The notes beneath the pieces were generated by a model. The model saw only the letters and a program-made list of their open reading frames with translations, searched no databases and had not been told where the DNA came from. From the human T2T-CHM13v2.0 reference genome, Homo sapiens: a DNA stretch of 64,000 nt. Positions 27,621 to 41,391 of the stretch are shown piece by piece; position 1 is the first letter of the stretch, and every line of letters begins with the position of its first letter. The stretch spans positions 27,872,001 through 27,936,000 of the forward strand of contig CP086569.2 in the NCBI GenBank assembly GCA_009914755.4, given 5' to 3'. Made by a program: the position numbers and the translations under genes.

Positions 27621-30384
27621 ATGCCCTTGCATTAAATGGACTGGAATGGAATGGACTGGAAAAGAGTGGAATGGAAAGGATTGAAATAGAATGGAATGGA
27701 CTCCTTTGGAATGGTCTAGTATGGATGCAATCGACTGGCAGGGAATCAAAAGGAATGTAATCGAATGGATTGGACTGGAATGCAATGGACTCGAATAGAT
27801 TGGGAACGGAATGCAATGGAATGGAATGGAATAGTATGGAATGGAATGGAAAGGAATGGAGCGGAATAGACTAGAGTGGAATGGAATGGACTCGAAAGCA
27901 ATGGACTGGAATGGAACGGTCTTGAATGGACTGGAATCAAACGGAAAGGAATGGAATGCAATGCAATCAAATGGCATGGAATAAAATAGAATGAAAGAGA
28001 ATCAAATGGAATTGAATCGAATGTAATCGAATGGATTGGAAAGGAATAGAATGGAATGGAATGTAATTGACTCAAATGGAATGGACTAGAATGGAATGGA
28101 GTCGAATGGAAGGCAAAGGAATGGAATCTATTGGAATGGACTGTAATGGAATGGAATGGAAGGGATTGGAATGCACTCGAATGGAATGGACTGCAATAGA
28201 AAGGATTCGAATGGAATGAAAAAGAATTGAATGGAATAGAAGAGAATGGAATCAAATCGAATGAAATGGAATGTAATAGAAAGGAATGGAATGAAATGGA
28301 ATGGAAAGGATTTGAATGGAATGCAATCGAGTGGAATGCAATCGAATGGAATGGAATCGAACGGAATGGAATAAAATGGAAGCAAACTGGCAAGAAATGG
28401 AATCGAAATGAATGGAGTGTTATGGAACGGACTCCAAAGGAATTGAATGTAATAGAATGGAGTGGAGTGGACTCGAATATAATGGACTGGAATGGAATGG
28501 AATCACATGGAATGGGAACGAATGGAATGGAATGGAAAGGAATGGAATCGAATGGAAGGGAATGAAATTGAATCAACAGGAATGGAAGGGAATAGAATAG
28601 ACTGTAATGCAATGGACTCGAATAGAAAGGACACGAATGTTCAAATTGAATGGACTCGAATGGAATGGAAACGAAAGGAATGTCATCGAATGGAATTGAA
28701 TCGATTGGAATGGAATCGCATAGAATGGAGAGGAATGAAATGGAATTGAATCGAATGGACAGGAACCGAATGGACTGAAATGAAATGGAATGGAATTGAA
28801 TGGAAAGTTATGCAATGCAATAGAATGGAACGAAATTTCACGGAATGGAATCAAACAGAATGGAATCAAATCAATGGAATATAATCAAATGGAATGGAAT
28901 GGAACGGAAAGGAATTGAATGGAATAGATTGGATTGGAAGGGATTGGAATGCAATGGAATGGAAAGGACTCGAATTTCATGAAACAGAATGGAATGAATT
29001 GGAATGGAATGGACTCGAATGGAATGGAATGTCATAGAATGGCATCAAATGGAATGGCATCAAATGGAATGGAATCGAATGCAACGGAATCTTATGGAAT
29101 GGAATGGAATGTATTGGAATGGAATGTCCTCTAATGGAATGGATTCGAGTGGAATGGAATCGAATATAATGGAGTCGAATGAAATGGAATTGAAAGGAAT
29201 GGGATCGAATAGAATGGAATATACTGGAATGTAATGTAATGAAGTCGAATGTAATTGACTGGAATGGAATGTACATGAATGGAATGTAATCGAATGGAAT
29301 AGAATCTAATGCAATAAAACCGACTCAAATGGAATAGAATGTAATGGAATGGAGTGCAGTGCAATGGAATGGAATGGAATGGAATGGAATGGAATGGAAT
29401 GGAATGGAATGGGATGGAATGGGATGGAATGGTATGGAACGGATAATAATGGTCTGTAGTGAAATGGAGTGGAAAGGAATGGACTCAAGTTGAAAGGGCT
29501 CGAAAGGAATGGGGTCAAATGTAATGGTCTGGAATGGAATGAACTCGAATGTAATGCAATCCAATAGAATGGAATCGAATGGAATGGAATATAAAGAAAT
29601 GGAATCGAAGAGAATGGAAACAAATGGAATGGAATTGCATGGAATTGAATCGAATCGAATCGAATGTAATTGAACGGAAAAAATGCAACTGAATAGAATC
29701 GAAAACAATGGATTTGACAGGCATCTAATAGAATGAAATGGAATGCGGTGAGGTGGAGTGGATTGTAATGGAGTTGAATGGAATGCGGTGTAATTGAATT
29801 GAATGGAGTGCAGTGGAGTGAACTGGAGTGGAATGAAATGGAATGGGCAGGCATGGAATTGCAAGGCGTGGAGTGGAGTGGAATTGAGAGGAGTGGAATG
29901 GAGTAGGGTGTATTGTAGTGGAGATTATTGGAAAAGAGTGGAGTGGAACGGAATGGAATGGAGTGGAGTGGAATGGAATGGAATTGAGTGAAGTGGAGTG
30001 GAGTGGAATGGAGAGTAATGGAGTGGAGTGGACTTGATTGGAGTAGATAGCAGTGCATTGGACTGTACGGGATAGAAGTGGCTTGGAGTGCCATGGAGTG
30101 GAGTGGAATGGAATGGAATGGAGAGGAATGGACTGGAAAGGAATGGAATGGAATGGATTTAAATGACAGGGATTCAAATCGAATTGAATCATATTGGAAC
30201 AAGTTGAATCGACTAGAGGAAAGAAATCGAATGAAATCGAATGGAATGAATGCAAGAGAGTGCAATGTTATAGAATGGAATGGAGACAGATGGAATGGAA
30301 TGGAACAGAGAGCAATGGTATAGAATGCAATGGAATCATAAGGAAAGGAATTGAATGGAATGGAATAATATGAAATGGAATGGA
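27621..30384 (+). repeat. HOR-A unit A11 (2764 bp), diverged sub-variant
   Basis: Anchor to anchor. It is near-identical to A10: ORFs 26362..27816 and 29306..30580 share long identical stretches. Confidence 0.8.
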
Positions 30385-31675
30385 ATGCCCTTGCATTAAA
30401 TGGACTGGAATGGAATGGACTGGAACAGAGTGGAATGGAAAGGATTGAAATAGAATGGAATGGACTCCTTTGGAATGGTCTAGTATGGATGCAATCGACT
30501 GGCAGGGAATCAAAAGGAATGTAATCGAATGGATTGGACTGGAATGCAATGGACTCGAATAGATTGGAAACGGAATGCAATGGAATGGAATGGAATAGTA
30601 TGGAATGGAATGGAAAGGAATGGAGCAGAATAGACTAGAGTGGAATGGAATGGACTCGAAAGCAATGGACTGGAATGGAACGGTCTTGAATGGACTGGAA
30701 TCAAACGGAAAGGAATGGAATGCAATGCAATCAAATGGAATGGAATAAAATAGAATGAAAGAGAATCAAATGGAATTGAATCGAATGGAATCGAATGGAT
30801 TGGAAAGGAATAGAATGGAATGGAATGTAATTGACTCAAATGGAATGGACTAGAATGGAATGGAGTCGAATGGAAGGCAAAGGAATGGAATCTATTGGAA
30901 TGGACTGTAATGGAATGGAATGGAAGGGATTGGAATGCACTCGAATGGAATGGACTGCAATAGAAAGGATTCGAATGGAATGAAAAAGAATTGAATGGAA
31001 TAGAAGAGAATGGAATCAAATCGAATGAAATGGAATGGAATAGAAAGGAATGGAATGAAGTGGAATGGAAAGGATTTGAATGGAATGCAATCGAATGGAA
31101 TGCAATCGAATGGAATGGAATCGAACGGAATGGAATAAAATGGAAGCAAACTGGCAAGAAATGGAATCGAAATGAATGGAGTGTTATGGAACGGACTCCA
31201 AAGGAATAGAATGTAATAGAATGGAGTGGAGTGGACTCGAATATAATGGACTGGAATGGAATGGAATCACATGGAATGGGAACGAATGGAATGGAATGGA
31301 AAGGAATGGAATCGAATGGAAGGGAATGAAATTGAATCAACAGGAATGGAAGGGAATAGAATAGACTGTAATGGAATGGACTCGAATAGAAAGGACACGA
31401 ATGTTCAAATTGAATGGACTCGAATGGAATGGAAACGAAAGGAATGTCATCGAATGGAATTGAATCGATTGGAATGGAATCGCATAGAATGGAGAGGAAT
31501 CAAATGGAATTGAATCGAATGGAAAGGAACCGAATGGACTGAAATGAAATGGAATGGAATTGAATGGATAGTAATGCAATGCAATAGAATGGAACGAAAT
31601 TTCACGGAATGGAATGAAACAGAATGGAATCAAATCAATGGAATATAATCAAATGGAATGGAATGGAATGGAAAG
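30385..31675 (+). repeat. HOR-A unit A12, truncated at about +1290 bp by the junction with family B
   Basis: The anchor is at 30385. Family-A diagnostic words ('gactgtaatgg', 'aatagaaaggacacgaatg') continue to about 31,670. After that, family-B diagnostic words appear. Confidence 0.7.
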
Positions 31676-32035
31676 GAATCGAATGGAAGGGAATGAAATT
31701 GAATCAACAGGAATGGAAGGGAATAGAATAGACGGTAATGGAATGGACTCGAATAGAATGGACACGAATGCTCAAATTGAATGGACTCGAATGGAATGGA
31801 AACGAAAGGAATGTCATCGAATGGAATTGAATCGATTGGAATGAAATCGCATAGAATGGAGTGGAATCAAATGGAATTGAATCGAAAGGAAAGGAAGTGA
31901 ATGGACTGAAATGAAATGGAATGGAATTGAATGGAAAGTAATGCAATGGAATAGAATGGAACGAAATTTCACGGAATGGAAGCAAACTGAATGGAATCAA
32001 ATCAATGGAATATAATCAAATGGAATGGAAAGGAA
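31296..32035 (+). repeat. A-to-B array junction containing a ~365-bp out-of-register tandem duplication. Copy 1 is family-A type and copy 2 is family-B type.
   Basis: 'cgaatggaagggaatgaaattgaatcaacaggaatggaagggaatagaatagac[t/g]gtaatggaatggactcgaatagaa[a/t]ggacacgaatg' occurs at about 31,311 with the A-type bases and again at about 31,676 with the B-type bases. The paired ORFs 31256..31513 / 31614..31844 and 31337..31633 / 31704..32000 are paralogous. Confidence 0.7.
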
Positions 32036-34313
32036 TTGAATGGAGTAGAAGGGATTGGATGGGATTGGAATGAAATGTACTGGAAAGGACTCGAATTTCA
32101 TGAAACGGAATGGAATGAATTGGAACGGAATGGACTCGAATGGAATGGAATGTCATGGAATGGCATCAAATGGAATGGCATCAAATGGAATGGAATCGAA
32201 TGCAATGGAATGCTATGGAATGGAATGGAATGCATTGGAATGGAATGTCCTCTAATGGAATGGATTCGAGTGGAATGGAATCGAATATAATGGAGTCGAA
32301 TGAAATGGAATTGAAAGGAATGGGATCGAATACAATGGAATATACTGGAATGTAATGTAATGAACTCGAATGTAATTGACTGGAATGGAATGTACATGAA
32401 TGGAATGTAATCGAATGGAAAGTAATCCAATGTAATAGAATCTAATGCAACAAAATCGACTCAGACAGAGTAGAATGTAATGGAATGGAGTGCAGTGCAA
32501 TGGAATGGAATGGAATGGAATGCAATGGAATGGAATGGAATGGAATGGAATGGAATGGAATGGAATGGAATGGGATGGAATGGAATGGAATGGGTAGTAA
32601 TGGACTGGAGTGAAATGGACTGGAAAGGAATGGACTCAAATTGAAAGGGCTCGAAAGGAATGGAGTCAAATGGAATGGTCTGGAATGGAATGAACACGAA
32701 TGTAATGCAATCCAATAGAATGGAATCGAATGGCATGGAATATAAAGAAATGGAATCGAAGAGAATGGAAACAAACGGAATGGAATTGAATGGAATGGAA
32801 TTGAATGGAATGGGAACGAATGGAGTGAAATTGTATGCAGTAGAAGAGAATAGAATGGAATGCAAGCGAAAGGAAAAGAATGGATTGGAATGGAATGGAA
32901 TTCATGGGAATGGAAGGGAATGTAGTGTAATGGACAGGCCTGGAATAAAGTGGAATGCTACGGTCTCGAATGGAATAAAAATGTATGGAATGGAATGCAA
33001 TGAAACGGAATCGAATGTCATAGAATGTAATGGAATGCAAAAAATGGACTCCAAAATCATTGACTGGAAAGGCTGGGTGTCGAAAGGAATTGACTCCAAT
33101 GGAATGGAATCGAATGGAATGGAAGTGAATAGAATCGAACTAAGTCGAATGGAATGGAATTGATAGGAACGGAATGGAAAGGAATACAATGATTTGGCAT
33201 GGAATGGAATCGAATGGCATCGAATGGAATGGAATGGAATGCAAAGGAATGGAATGTATTAGAATGTAATGAACTTTAATGGAGTGTACTCGAATGGATT
33301 CGACTGGAATGGAATGTTCTGGAAGTGAATGGACTCCAATGGAATGGATTGAAAAGGAATGGAATCGTACGGAATGGAATCTAATGGAATGGAATTAAAT
33401 GGAAATGAATCAAATTGAATAGCACGGAATTGAATTGAATGGAATCGAATGCAATGGAATCTAATGAAACGGAAAGGAAAGGAATGGAATGGAATGGAAT
33501 GGGCTGGAATGGAAAGGAATCGAAACGAATGGAATGGAATCGAACTGAAGAGACTGGAATGGAATGCACTGGAATGGAAGGGAGTGTAATGGAAAGTTCT
33601 CGAAAAAAATGGAATCGAATGGAATGGAATTGAATGGAACGGAATAGAGTCGAATAGAATTGAATGGAATGGAATGGACTAGCGTGAAATGGAATCGAAC
33701 CACAAGGAATGGACAGGAATAGAATGGTCTCGAATTGAATGGAATGGTATGGAATGGCATCAAACGGAATGGAATGGACAGCCACGGAATGGAATGCACT
33801 CGAATGCAATGGAGTCGAAACTAATGGACTGGAATAGAATGGACTCGACTGCTACGGACTCCAATGGAATGGAATCGAATGGAAGGGAATCGAACGGAAT
33901 GGACTCGAAGGGAAAAGACTGCAATGGAAAGGTCTCGAATGGAATGGAAATTAATGGAATGGAATCGAATGAAATGGAGTCAAAAGGAATGGAATCGAAT
34001 GGCAAGAAATCGAATGTAATGGAATCGCAAGGAATTGATGTGAACGGAACGGAATGGAATGGAATCCAAAGGAATGGAATAGAATGGAATGGAATCGACT
34101 GGGAAGGACTCGAATGGAAATCACTCGAATAGAATGCAATTTAATAAAATAGGATCAAATGTAATGGAATGGAATGGAAAGGAATCGAAACGAAAGGAAT
34201 GGAGACAGATGGAATGGAATGGAACAGAGAGCAATGGTATAGAATGGAATGGAATCATCTGGAATGGAATTGAATGGAATGGAATAATATGAAATGGAAT
34301 GGAATGGAATGGA
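31676..34313 (+). repeat. HOR-B partial unit B0 (begins at about +930 of the unit frame)
   Basis: Alignment of diagnostic words to full B units. It contains the B-specific degenerate module at about 32,800-34,200. Confidence 0.65.
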
Positions 34314-37300
34314 ATGCCCTTAAATTAAATGGACTGGAATGGAATGGACTCGAACAGAGTGGAATGGAAAGTGTTGAGATAGAATGGAATGGACTCGTTT
34401 GGAATGGTCTAGTATGCAATGCAATGGACTGGCAGAGAATCAAAAGGAATGTAATCGAATGGATTGGACTGGAATGCAATGGACTCGAATAGATTGGAAA
34501 CGGAATGCAAAGGAATGGAATGGAATAGTATGGAATGGAATGGAAAGGAATGGAGTGGAATAGACTAGAGTGGAATGGAATGGACTCGAAAGCAATGGAC
34601 TGGAATGGAACTTTCTTGAATGGACTGGAATCAAACGGAATGGAATGCAATGCAATCAAATGGCATGGAATAAAATAGAATGAAAGAGAATCAAATGGAA
34701 TTGAATCGAATGGAATCGAATGGATTGGAAAGGAATAGAATGGAATGGAATGGAATTGACTCAAATGGAATGGACTAGAATGGAATGGATTCGAATGGAA
34801 GGCAAAGGAATGGAATCTATTCGAATGGACTGCAATGGAATGGAATGGAAGGGATTGGAATGGACTCGAATGGAATGGACTGCTATAGAAAGGATTCGAA
34901 TGGAATGAAAAAGAATTGAATGGAATAGAACAGAATGGAATCAAATCGAATGAAATGGAATGGAATAGAAAGGAATGGAATGAAATGGAATGGAAAGGAT
35001 TCGAATGGAATGCAATCGAATGGAATGGAATCGAACGGAATGGAATAAAATGGAAGAAAACTGGCAAGAAATGGAATCGAAATGAATGGAGTGTTATGGA
35101 ACGGACTCAAAAGGAATTGAATGTAATAGAATGGAGTGGAGTGGACTCGAATATAATGGACTGGAATGGAATGAAATCACATGGAATGGGAACGAATGGA
35201 ATGGAATGGAAAGGAATGGAATCGAAGGGAAAGGAATCGAATGGAAGGGAATGAAATTGAATCAACAGGAATGGAAGGGAATAGAATAGACGGTAATGGA
35301 ATGGACTCGAATAGAATGGACACGAATGCTCAAATTGAATGGACTCGAATGGAATGGAAACGAAAGGAATGTCATGGAATGGAATTGAATCGATTGGAAT
35401 GATATGGCATAGAATGGAGTGGAATCAAATGGAATTGAATCGAAAGGAAAGGAAGCGAATGTACTGAAATGAAATGGAATGGAATTGAATGGAAAGTAAT
35501 GCAATGGAATAGAATGGAACGAAATTTCACGGAATGGAATCAAACTGAATGGAATCAAATCAATGGAATATAATCAAATGGAATGGAAAGGAATTGAATG
35601 GAGTAGATGGGATTGGATGGGATTGGAATGAAATGTACTGGAAAGGACTCGAATTTCATGAAACGGAATGGAATGAATTGGAACGGAATGGACTCGAATG
35701 GAATGGAATGTCATGGAATGGCATCAAATGGAATGGCATCAAATGGAATGGAATCGAATGCAATGGAATGCTATGGAATGGAATGGAACGCATTGGAATG
35801 CAATGTCCTCTAATGGAATGGATTCGAGTGGAATGGAATCAAATATAATGGATTCGAATGAAATGGAATTGAAAGGAATGGGATCGAATACAATGGAATA
35901 TACTGGAAAGTAATGTAATGACCTCGAATGTAATTGACTGGAATGGAATGTACATGAATGGAATGTAATCGAATGGAAAGTAATCCAATGGAATAGAATC
36001 TAATGCAATAAAATCGACTCAGATAGAGTAGAATGTAATGGAATGGAGTGCAGTGCAATGGAATGGAATGTAATGGAATGCAATGGAATGGAATGGAATG
36101 GGATGGAATGGTATGGAATGGATAGTAATGGACTGGAGTGAAATGGACTGGAAAGGAATGGACTCAAATTGAAAGGGCTCGAAAGGAATGGAGTCAAATG
36201 GAATGGTCTGGAATGGAATGAACACGAATGTAATGCAATCCAATAGAATGGAATCGAATGGCATGGAATATAAAGAAATTGAATCGAGGAGAATGGAAAC
36301 AAACGGAATGGAATTGAATGGAATGGAATTGAATGGAATGGGAACGAATGGAGTGAAATTGTATGCAGTAGAAGAGAATAGAATGGAATGCAAGCGAAAG
36401 GAAAGGAATGGATTGGAATGGAATGGAATTCATTGGAATGGAAGGGAATGTAGTGTAATGGACAGGCCTGGAATAAAGTGGAATGCTACGGTCTCGAATG
36501 GAATAAAAATGTATGGAATGGAATGCAATGAAACGGAATCGAATGTCATAGAATGTAATGGAATGCAAAAAAATGGAATCCAAAATCATTGACTGGAAAG
36601 GCTGGGTGTTGAAACGAATTGACTCCAATGGAATGGAATCGAATGGAATGGAAGTGAATAGAATCGAACTAAATCGAATGGAATGGAATTGATAGTAACG
36701 GAATGGAAAGGAATGAAATGATTTGGCATGGAATGGAATCGAACGGCATCGAATGGAATGGAATGGAATGCAATGCAATGGAATGTATTAGAATGCAATG
36801 AACTTTAAAGGAATGTACTCGAATGGATTCGACTGGAATGGAATGTTCTGGAAGTGAATGGACTCCAATGGAATGGATTGAAAAGGAATGGAATCGTACG
36901 GAATGGAATCTAATGGAATGGAATTAAATGGAAATGAATCAAATTGAATAGCACGGAATTGAATTGAATGGAATCGAATGCAATGGAATCTAATGAAACG
37001 GAAAGGAAAGGAATGGAATAGAATGGAATGGGCTGGAATGGAAAGGAATCGAAACGAATGGAATGGAATCGAACTGAGGAGACTGGAATGGAATGCACTG
37101 GAATGGAAGGGAGTGTAATGGAAGGTTCTCGAAAAAAATGGAAACGAATGGAATGGAATTGAATGGAACGGAATAGAGTCGAATGGAATTGAATGGAATG
37201 GAGTGGACTAGAGTGAAATGGAATCGAACCACAAGGAATGGACAGGAATAGAATGGTCTCGAATTGAATGGAATCGTATGGAATGGCATCAAACGGAATG

Positions 37301-37847
37301 GAATGGACAGCCACGGGATGGAATGCACTCGAATGCAATGGAGTCGAAACTAATGGACTGGAATAGAATGGACTCGACTGGTACGGACTCCAATGGAATG
37401 GAATCGAATGGAAGGGAATCGAACGGAATGGACTCGAAGGGAAAAGACTGCAATGGAAAGGTCTCGAATGGAATGGAAATTAATGGAATGGAATGGAATC
37501 GAATGAAATGGAGTCAAAAGGAATGGAATCGAATGGCAAGAAATCGAATGTAATGGAATCGCAAGGAATTGATGTGAACGGAACGGAATGTAATGGAATC
37601 CAAAGGAATGGAATAGAATGGAATGGAATCGAATGGAAAGGACTCGAATGGAAATCACTCGAATAGAATGCAATTTAATAAAATAGAATGAAATGTAATG
37701 GAATGGAATGGAAAGGAATCGAAACGAAAGGAATGGAGACAGATGGAATGGAATGGAACAGAGAGCAATGGTATAGAATGGAATGGAATCATCTGGAATG
37801 GAATTGAATGGAATGGAATAATATGAAATGGAATGGAATGGAATGGA
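34314..37847 (+). repeat. HOR-B unit B1 (3534 bp)
   Basis: Anchor to anchor. Confidence 0.8.
36320..37730 (+). repeat. Degenerate, family-B-specific internal module (representative copy; recurs once per B unit). It carries the single AGGCCT (HaeIII/StuI) site per unit.
   Basis: Pentamer periodicity is visibly decayed here, for example 'gtagaagagaatagaatggaatgcaagcgaaagg...ggacaggcctggaataaagtggaatgctacggtctcg...ggactccaaaatcattgactggaaaggctgggtgtcgaaagg'. GGCC sits at about 32937, 36465, 40009, 43578, 47107, 50681, 54210, 57784 and 61358. Flanking sequence aligns to family A, but this module does not. Confidence 0.75.
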
Positions 37848-40800
37848 ATGCCCTTGAATTAAATGGACTGGAATGGAATGGACTCGAACAGAGTGGAATG
37901 GAAAATGTTGAGATAGAATGGAATGGACTCGTTTGGAATGGTCTAGTATGCAATGCAATGGACTGGCAGGGAATCAAAAGGAATGTAATCGAATGGATTG
38001 GACTGGAATGCAATGGACTCGAATAGATTGGAAACGGAATGCAAAGGAATGGAATGGAATAGTATGGAATGGAATGGAAAGGAATGGAGTGGAATAGACT
38101 AGAGTGGAATGGAATGGACTCGAAAGCAATGGACTGGAATGGAACTTTCTTGAATGGACTGGAATCAAACGGAATGGAATGCAATGCAATCAAATGGCAT
38201 GGAATAAAATAGAATGAAAGAGAATCAAATGGAATTGAATCGAATGGAATCGAATGGATTGGAAAGGAATAGAATGGAATGGAATGGAATTGACTCAAAT
38301 GGAATGGACTAGAATGGAATGGATTCGAATGGAAGGCAAAGGAATGGAATCTATTGGAATGGACTGCAATGGAATGGAATGGAAGGGATTGGAATGGACT
38401 CGAATGGAATGGACTGCAATAGAAAGGATTCGAATGGAATGAAAAAGAATTCAATGGAATAGAACAGAATGGAATCAAATCGAATGAAATGGAATGGAAT
38501 AGAAAGGAATGGAATGAAATGGAATGGAAAGGATTCGAATGGAATGCAATCGAATGGAATGCAATCGAACGGAATGGAATAAAATGGAAGAAAACTGGCA
38601 AGGAATGGAATCGAAATGAATGGAGTGTTATGGAACGGACTCCAAAGGAATTGAATGTAATAGAATGGAGTGGAGTGGACTCGAATATAATGGACTGGAA
38701 TGGAATGAAATCACATAGAATGGGAACGAATGGAATGGAATGGAAAGGAATGGAATCGAATGGAAAGGAATCGAATGGAAGGGAATGAAATTGAATCAAC
38801 AGGAATGGAAGGGAATAGAATAGACGGTAATGGAATGGACTCGAATAGAATGGACACGAATGCTCAAATTGAATGGACTCGAATGGAATGGAAACGAAAG
38901 GAATGTCATGGAATGGAATTGAATCGATTGGAATGAAATGGCATAGAATGGAGTGGAATCAAATGGAATTGAATCGAAAGGAAAGGAAGCGAATGGACTG
39001 AAATGAAATGGAATGGAATTGAATGGAAAGTAATGCAATGGAATAGAATGGAACGAAATTTCACGGAATGGAATCAAACTGAATGGAATCAAATCAATGG
39101 AATATAATCAAATGGAATGGAAAGGAATTGAATGGAGTAGATGGGATTAGATGGGATTGGAATGAAATGTACTGGAAAGGACTCGAAGTTCATGAAACGG
39201 AATGGAATGAATTGGAACGGAATGAACTCGAATGGAATGGAATGTCATGGAATGGCATCAAATGGAATGGCATCAAATGGAATGGAATCGAATGCAATGG
39301 AATGCTATGGAATGGAATGGAATGCATTGGAATGGAATGTCCTCTAATGGAATGGATTCGAGTGAAATGGAATCGAATATAATGGAGTCGAATGAAATGG
39401 AATTGAAAGGAATGGGATCGAATACAATGCAATATACTGGAATGTAATGTAATGAACTCGAATGTAATTGAATGGAATGGAATGTACATGAATGGAATGT
39501 AATCGAATGGAAAGTAATCCAATGGAATAGAATCTAATGCAATAAAAACGACTCAGATAGAGTAGAATGTAATGGAATGGAGTGCAGTGCAATGGAATGG
39601 AATGGAATGGAATGGAATGCAATGGAATGGAATGGAATGGAACGGAATGGAATGGAATGGGATGGAATGGTATAGAATGGGTAGTAATGGAGTGGAGTGA
39701 AATGGACTGGAAAGGAATGGACTCAAATTGAAAGGGCTCGAAAGGAATGGAGTCAAATGGAATGGTCTGGAATGGAATGAACACGAATGTAATGCAATCC
39801 AATAGAATGGAATCGAATGGCATGGAATATAAAGAAATGGAATCGAAGAGAATGGAAACAAACGGAATGGAATTGAATGGAATGGGAACGAATGGAGTGA
39901 AATTGTATGCAGTAGAAGAGAATAGAATGGAATGCAAGCGAAAGGAAAGGAATGGATTGGAATGGAATGGAATTCATTGGAATGGAAGGGAATGTAGTGT
40001 AATGGACAGGCCTGGAATAAAGTGGAATGCTACGGTCTCGAATGGAATAAAAATGTATGGAATGGAATGCAATGAAACGGAATCGAATGTCATAGAATGT
40101 AATGGAATGGAAAAAAAGGGACTCCAAAATCATTGACTGGAAAGGCTGGGTGTCGAAAGGAATTGACTCCAATGGAATGGAATCGAATGGAATGGAAGTG
40201 AATAGAATCGAACTAAATCGAATGGAATGGAATTGATAGGAACGGAATGGAAAGGAATGCAATGATTTGGCATGGAATGGAATCGAATGGCATCGAATGG
40301 AATGGAATGGAATGCAATGGAATGGAATGTGTTAGAATGTAATGAACTTTAATGGAATGTACTCGAATGGATTCGACTGGAATGGAATGTTCTGGAAGTG
40401 AATGGACTCCAATGGAATGGATTGAAAAGGAATGGAATCGTACGGAATGGAATCTAATGGAATGGAATTAAATGGAAATGAATGAAATTGAATAGCACGG
40501 AATTGAATTGAATGGAATCGAATGCAATGGAATCTAATGAAACGGAAAGGAAAGGAATGGAATGGAATGGAATGGGCTGGAATGGAAAGGAATCGAAACG
40601 AATGGAATGGAATCGAACTGAAGAGACTGGAATGGAATGCAGTGGAATGGAAGGGAGTGTAATGGAAGGTTCTCGAAAAAAATGGAATCGAATGGAATGG
40701 AATTGAATGGAACGGAATAGAGTCGAATGGAATTGAATGGAATGGAATGGACTAGAGTGAAATGGAATCGAACCACAAGGAATGGACAGGAATAGAATGG

Positions 40801-41391
40801 TCTCGAATTGAATGGAATCGTATGGAATGGCATCAAACGGAATGGAATGGACAGCCACGGAATGGAATGCACTCGAATGCAATGGAGTCGAAACTAATGG
40901 ACTGGAATAGAATGGACTCGACTGGTACGGACTCCAATGGAATGGAATCGAATGGAAGGGATTCGAACGGAATGGACTCGAAGGGAAAAGACTGCAATGG
41001 AAAGGTCTCGAATGGAATGGAAATTAATGGAATGGAATGGAATCGAATGAAATGGAGTCAAAAGGAATGGAATCGAATGGCAAGTAATCGAATGTAATGG
41101 AATCGCAAGGGATTGATGTGAACGGAACGGAATGGAATGGAATCCAAAGGAATGGAATAGAATGGAATGGAATCGAATGGAAAGGACTCGAATGGAAATC
41201 ACTCGAATAGAATGCAATTTAATAAAATAGGATCAAATGTAATGGAATGGAATGGAAAGGAATCGAAACGAAAGGAATGGAGACAGATGGAATGGAATGG
41301 AACAGAGAGCAATGGTATAGAATGGAATGGAATCATCTGGAATGGAATTGAATGGAATGGAATAATATGAAATGGAATGGAATGGAATGGA
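37848..41391 (+). repeat. HOR-B unit B2 (3544 bp)
   Basis: Anchor to anchor. Confidence 0.8.

Larger units (their letters stand above)
1..31675 (+). repeat. HSat3-type (GGAAT)n satellite, HOR family A, ~2.76-kb unit, ~11.5 tandem copies (window starts inside the array)
   Basis: The anchor word 'atgcccttgcattaaatggactggaatggaatggactcgaacagagtggaa' recurs at 28, 2781, 5545, 8303, 11061, 13819, 16577, 19350, 22103, 24852, 27621 and 30385. Spacings are 2753, 2764, 2758 (x4), 2773, 2753, 2749, 2769 and 2764. The ORF-track translations repeat with the same period. The sequence is dominated by ggaat/ggagt/gcaat pentamers plus 'gactcgaatgg' variants. Confidence 0.9.

Noticed and set aside
31296-32035. 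The A/B junction duplication as a possible inserted foreign element
   Set aside because: Both copies are satellite sequence homologous to positions about +930 to +1290 of the HOR unit, one of each family type. It is an out-of-register repeat join, not an insertion.
36320-37730. The degenerate family-B module as a possible transposable-element fragment inserted into the satellite
   Set aside because: It is still visibly built from decayed gaatg-type pentamers throughout. It has no TE hallmarks (no poly-A, target-site duplication or LTR/TIR-like ends). It is present at the identical position in every B unit, so it is part of the HOR, not an independent insertion. A database search would be needed to exclude an ancient, unrecognisable insertion.
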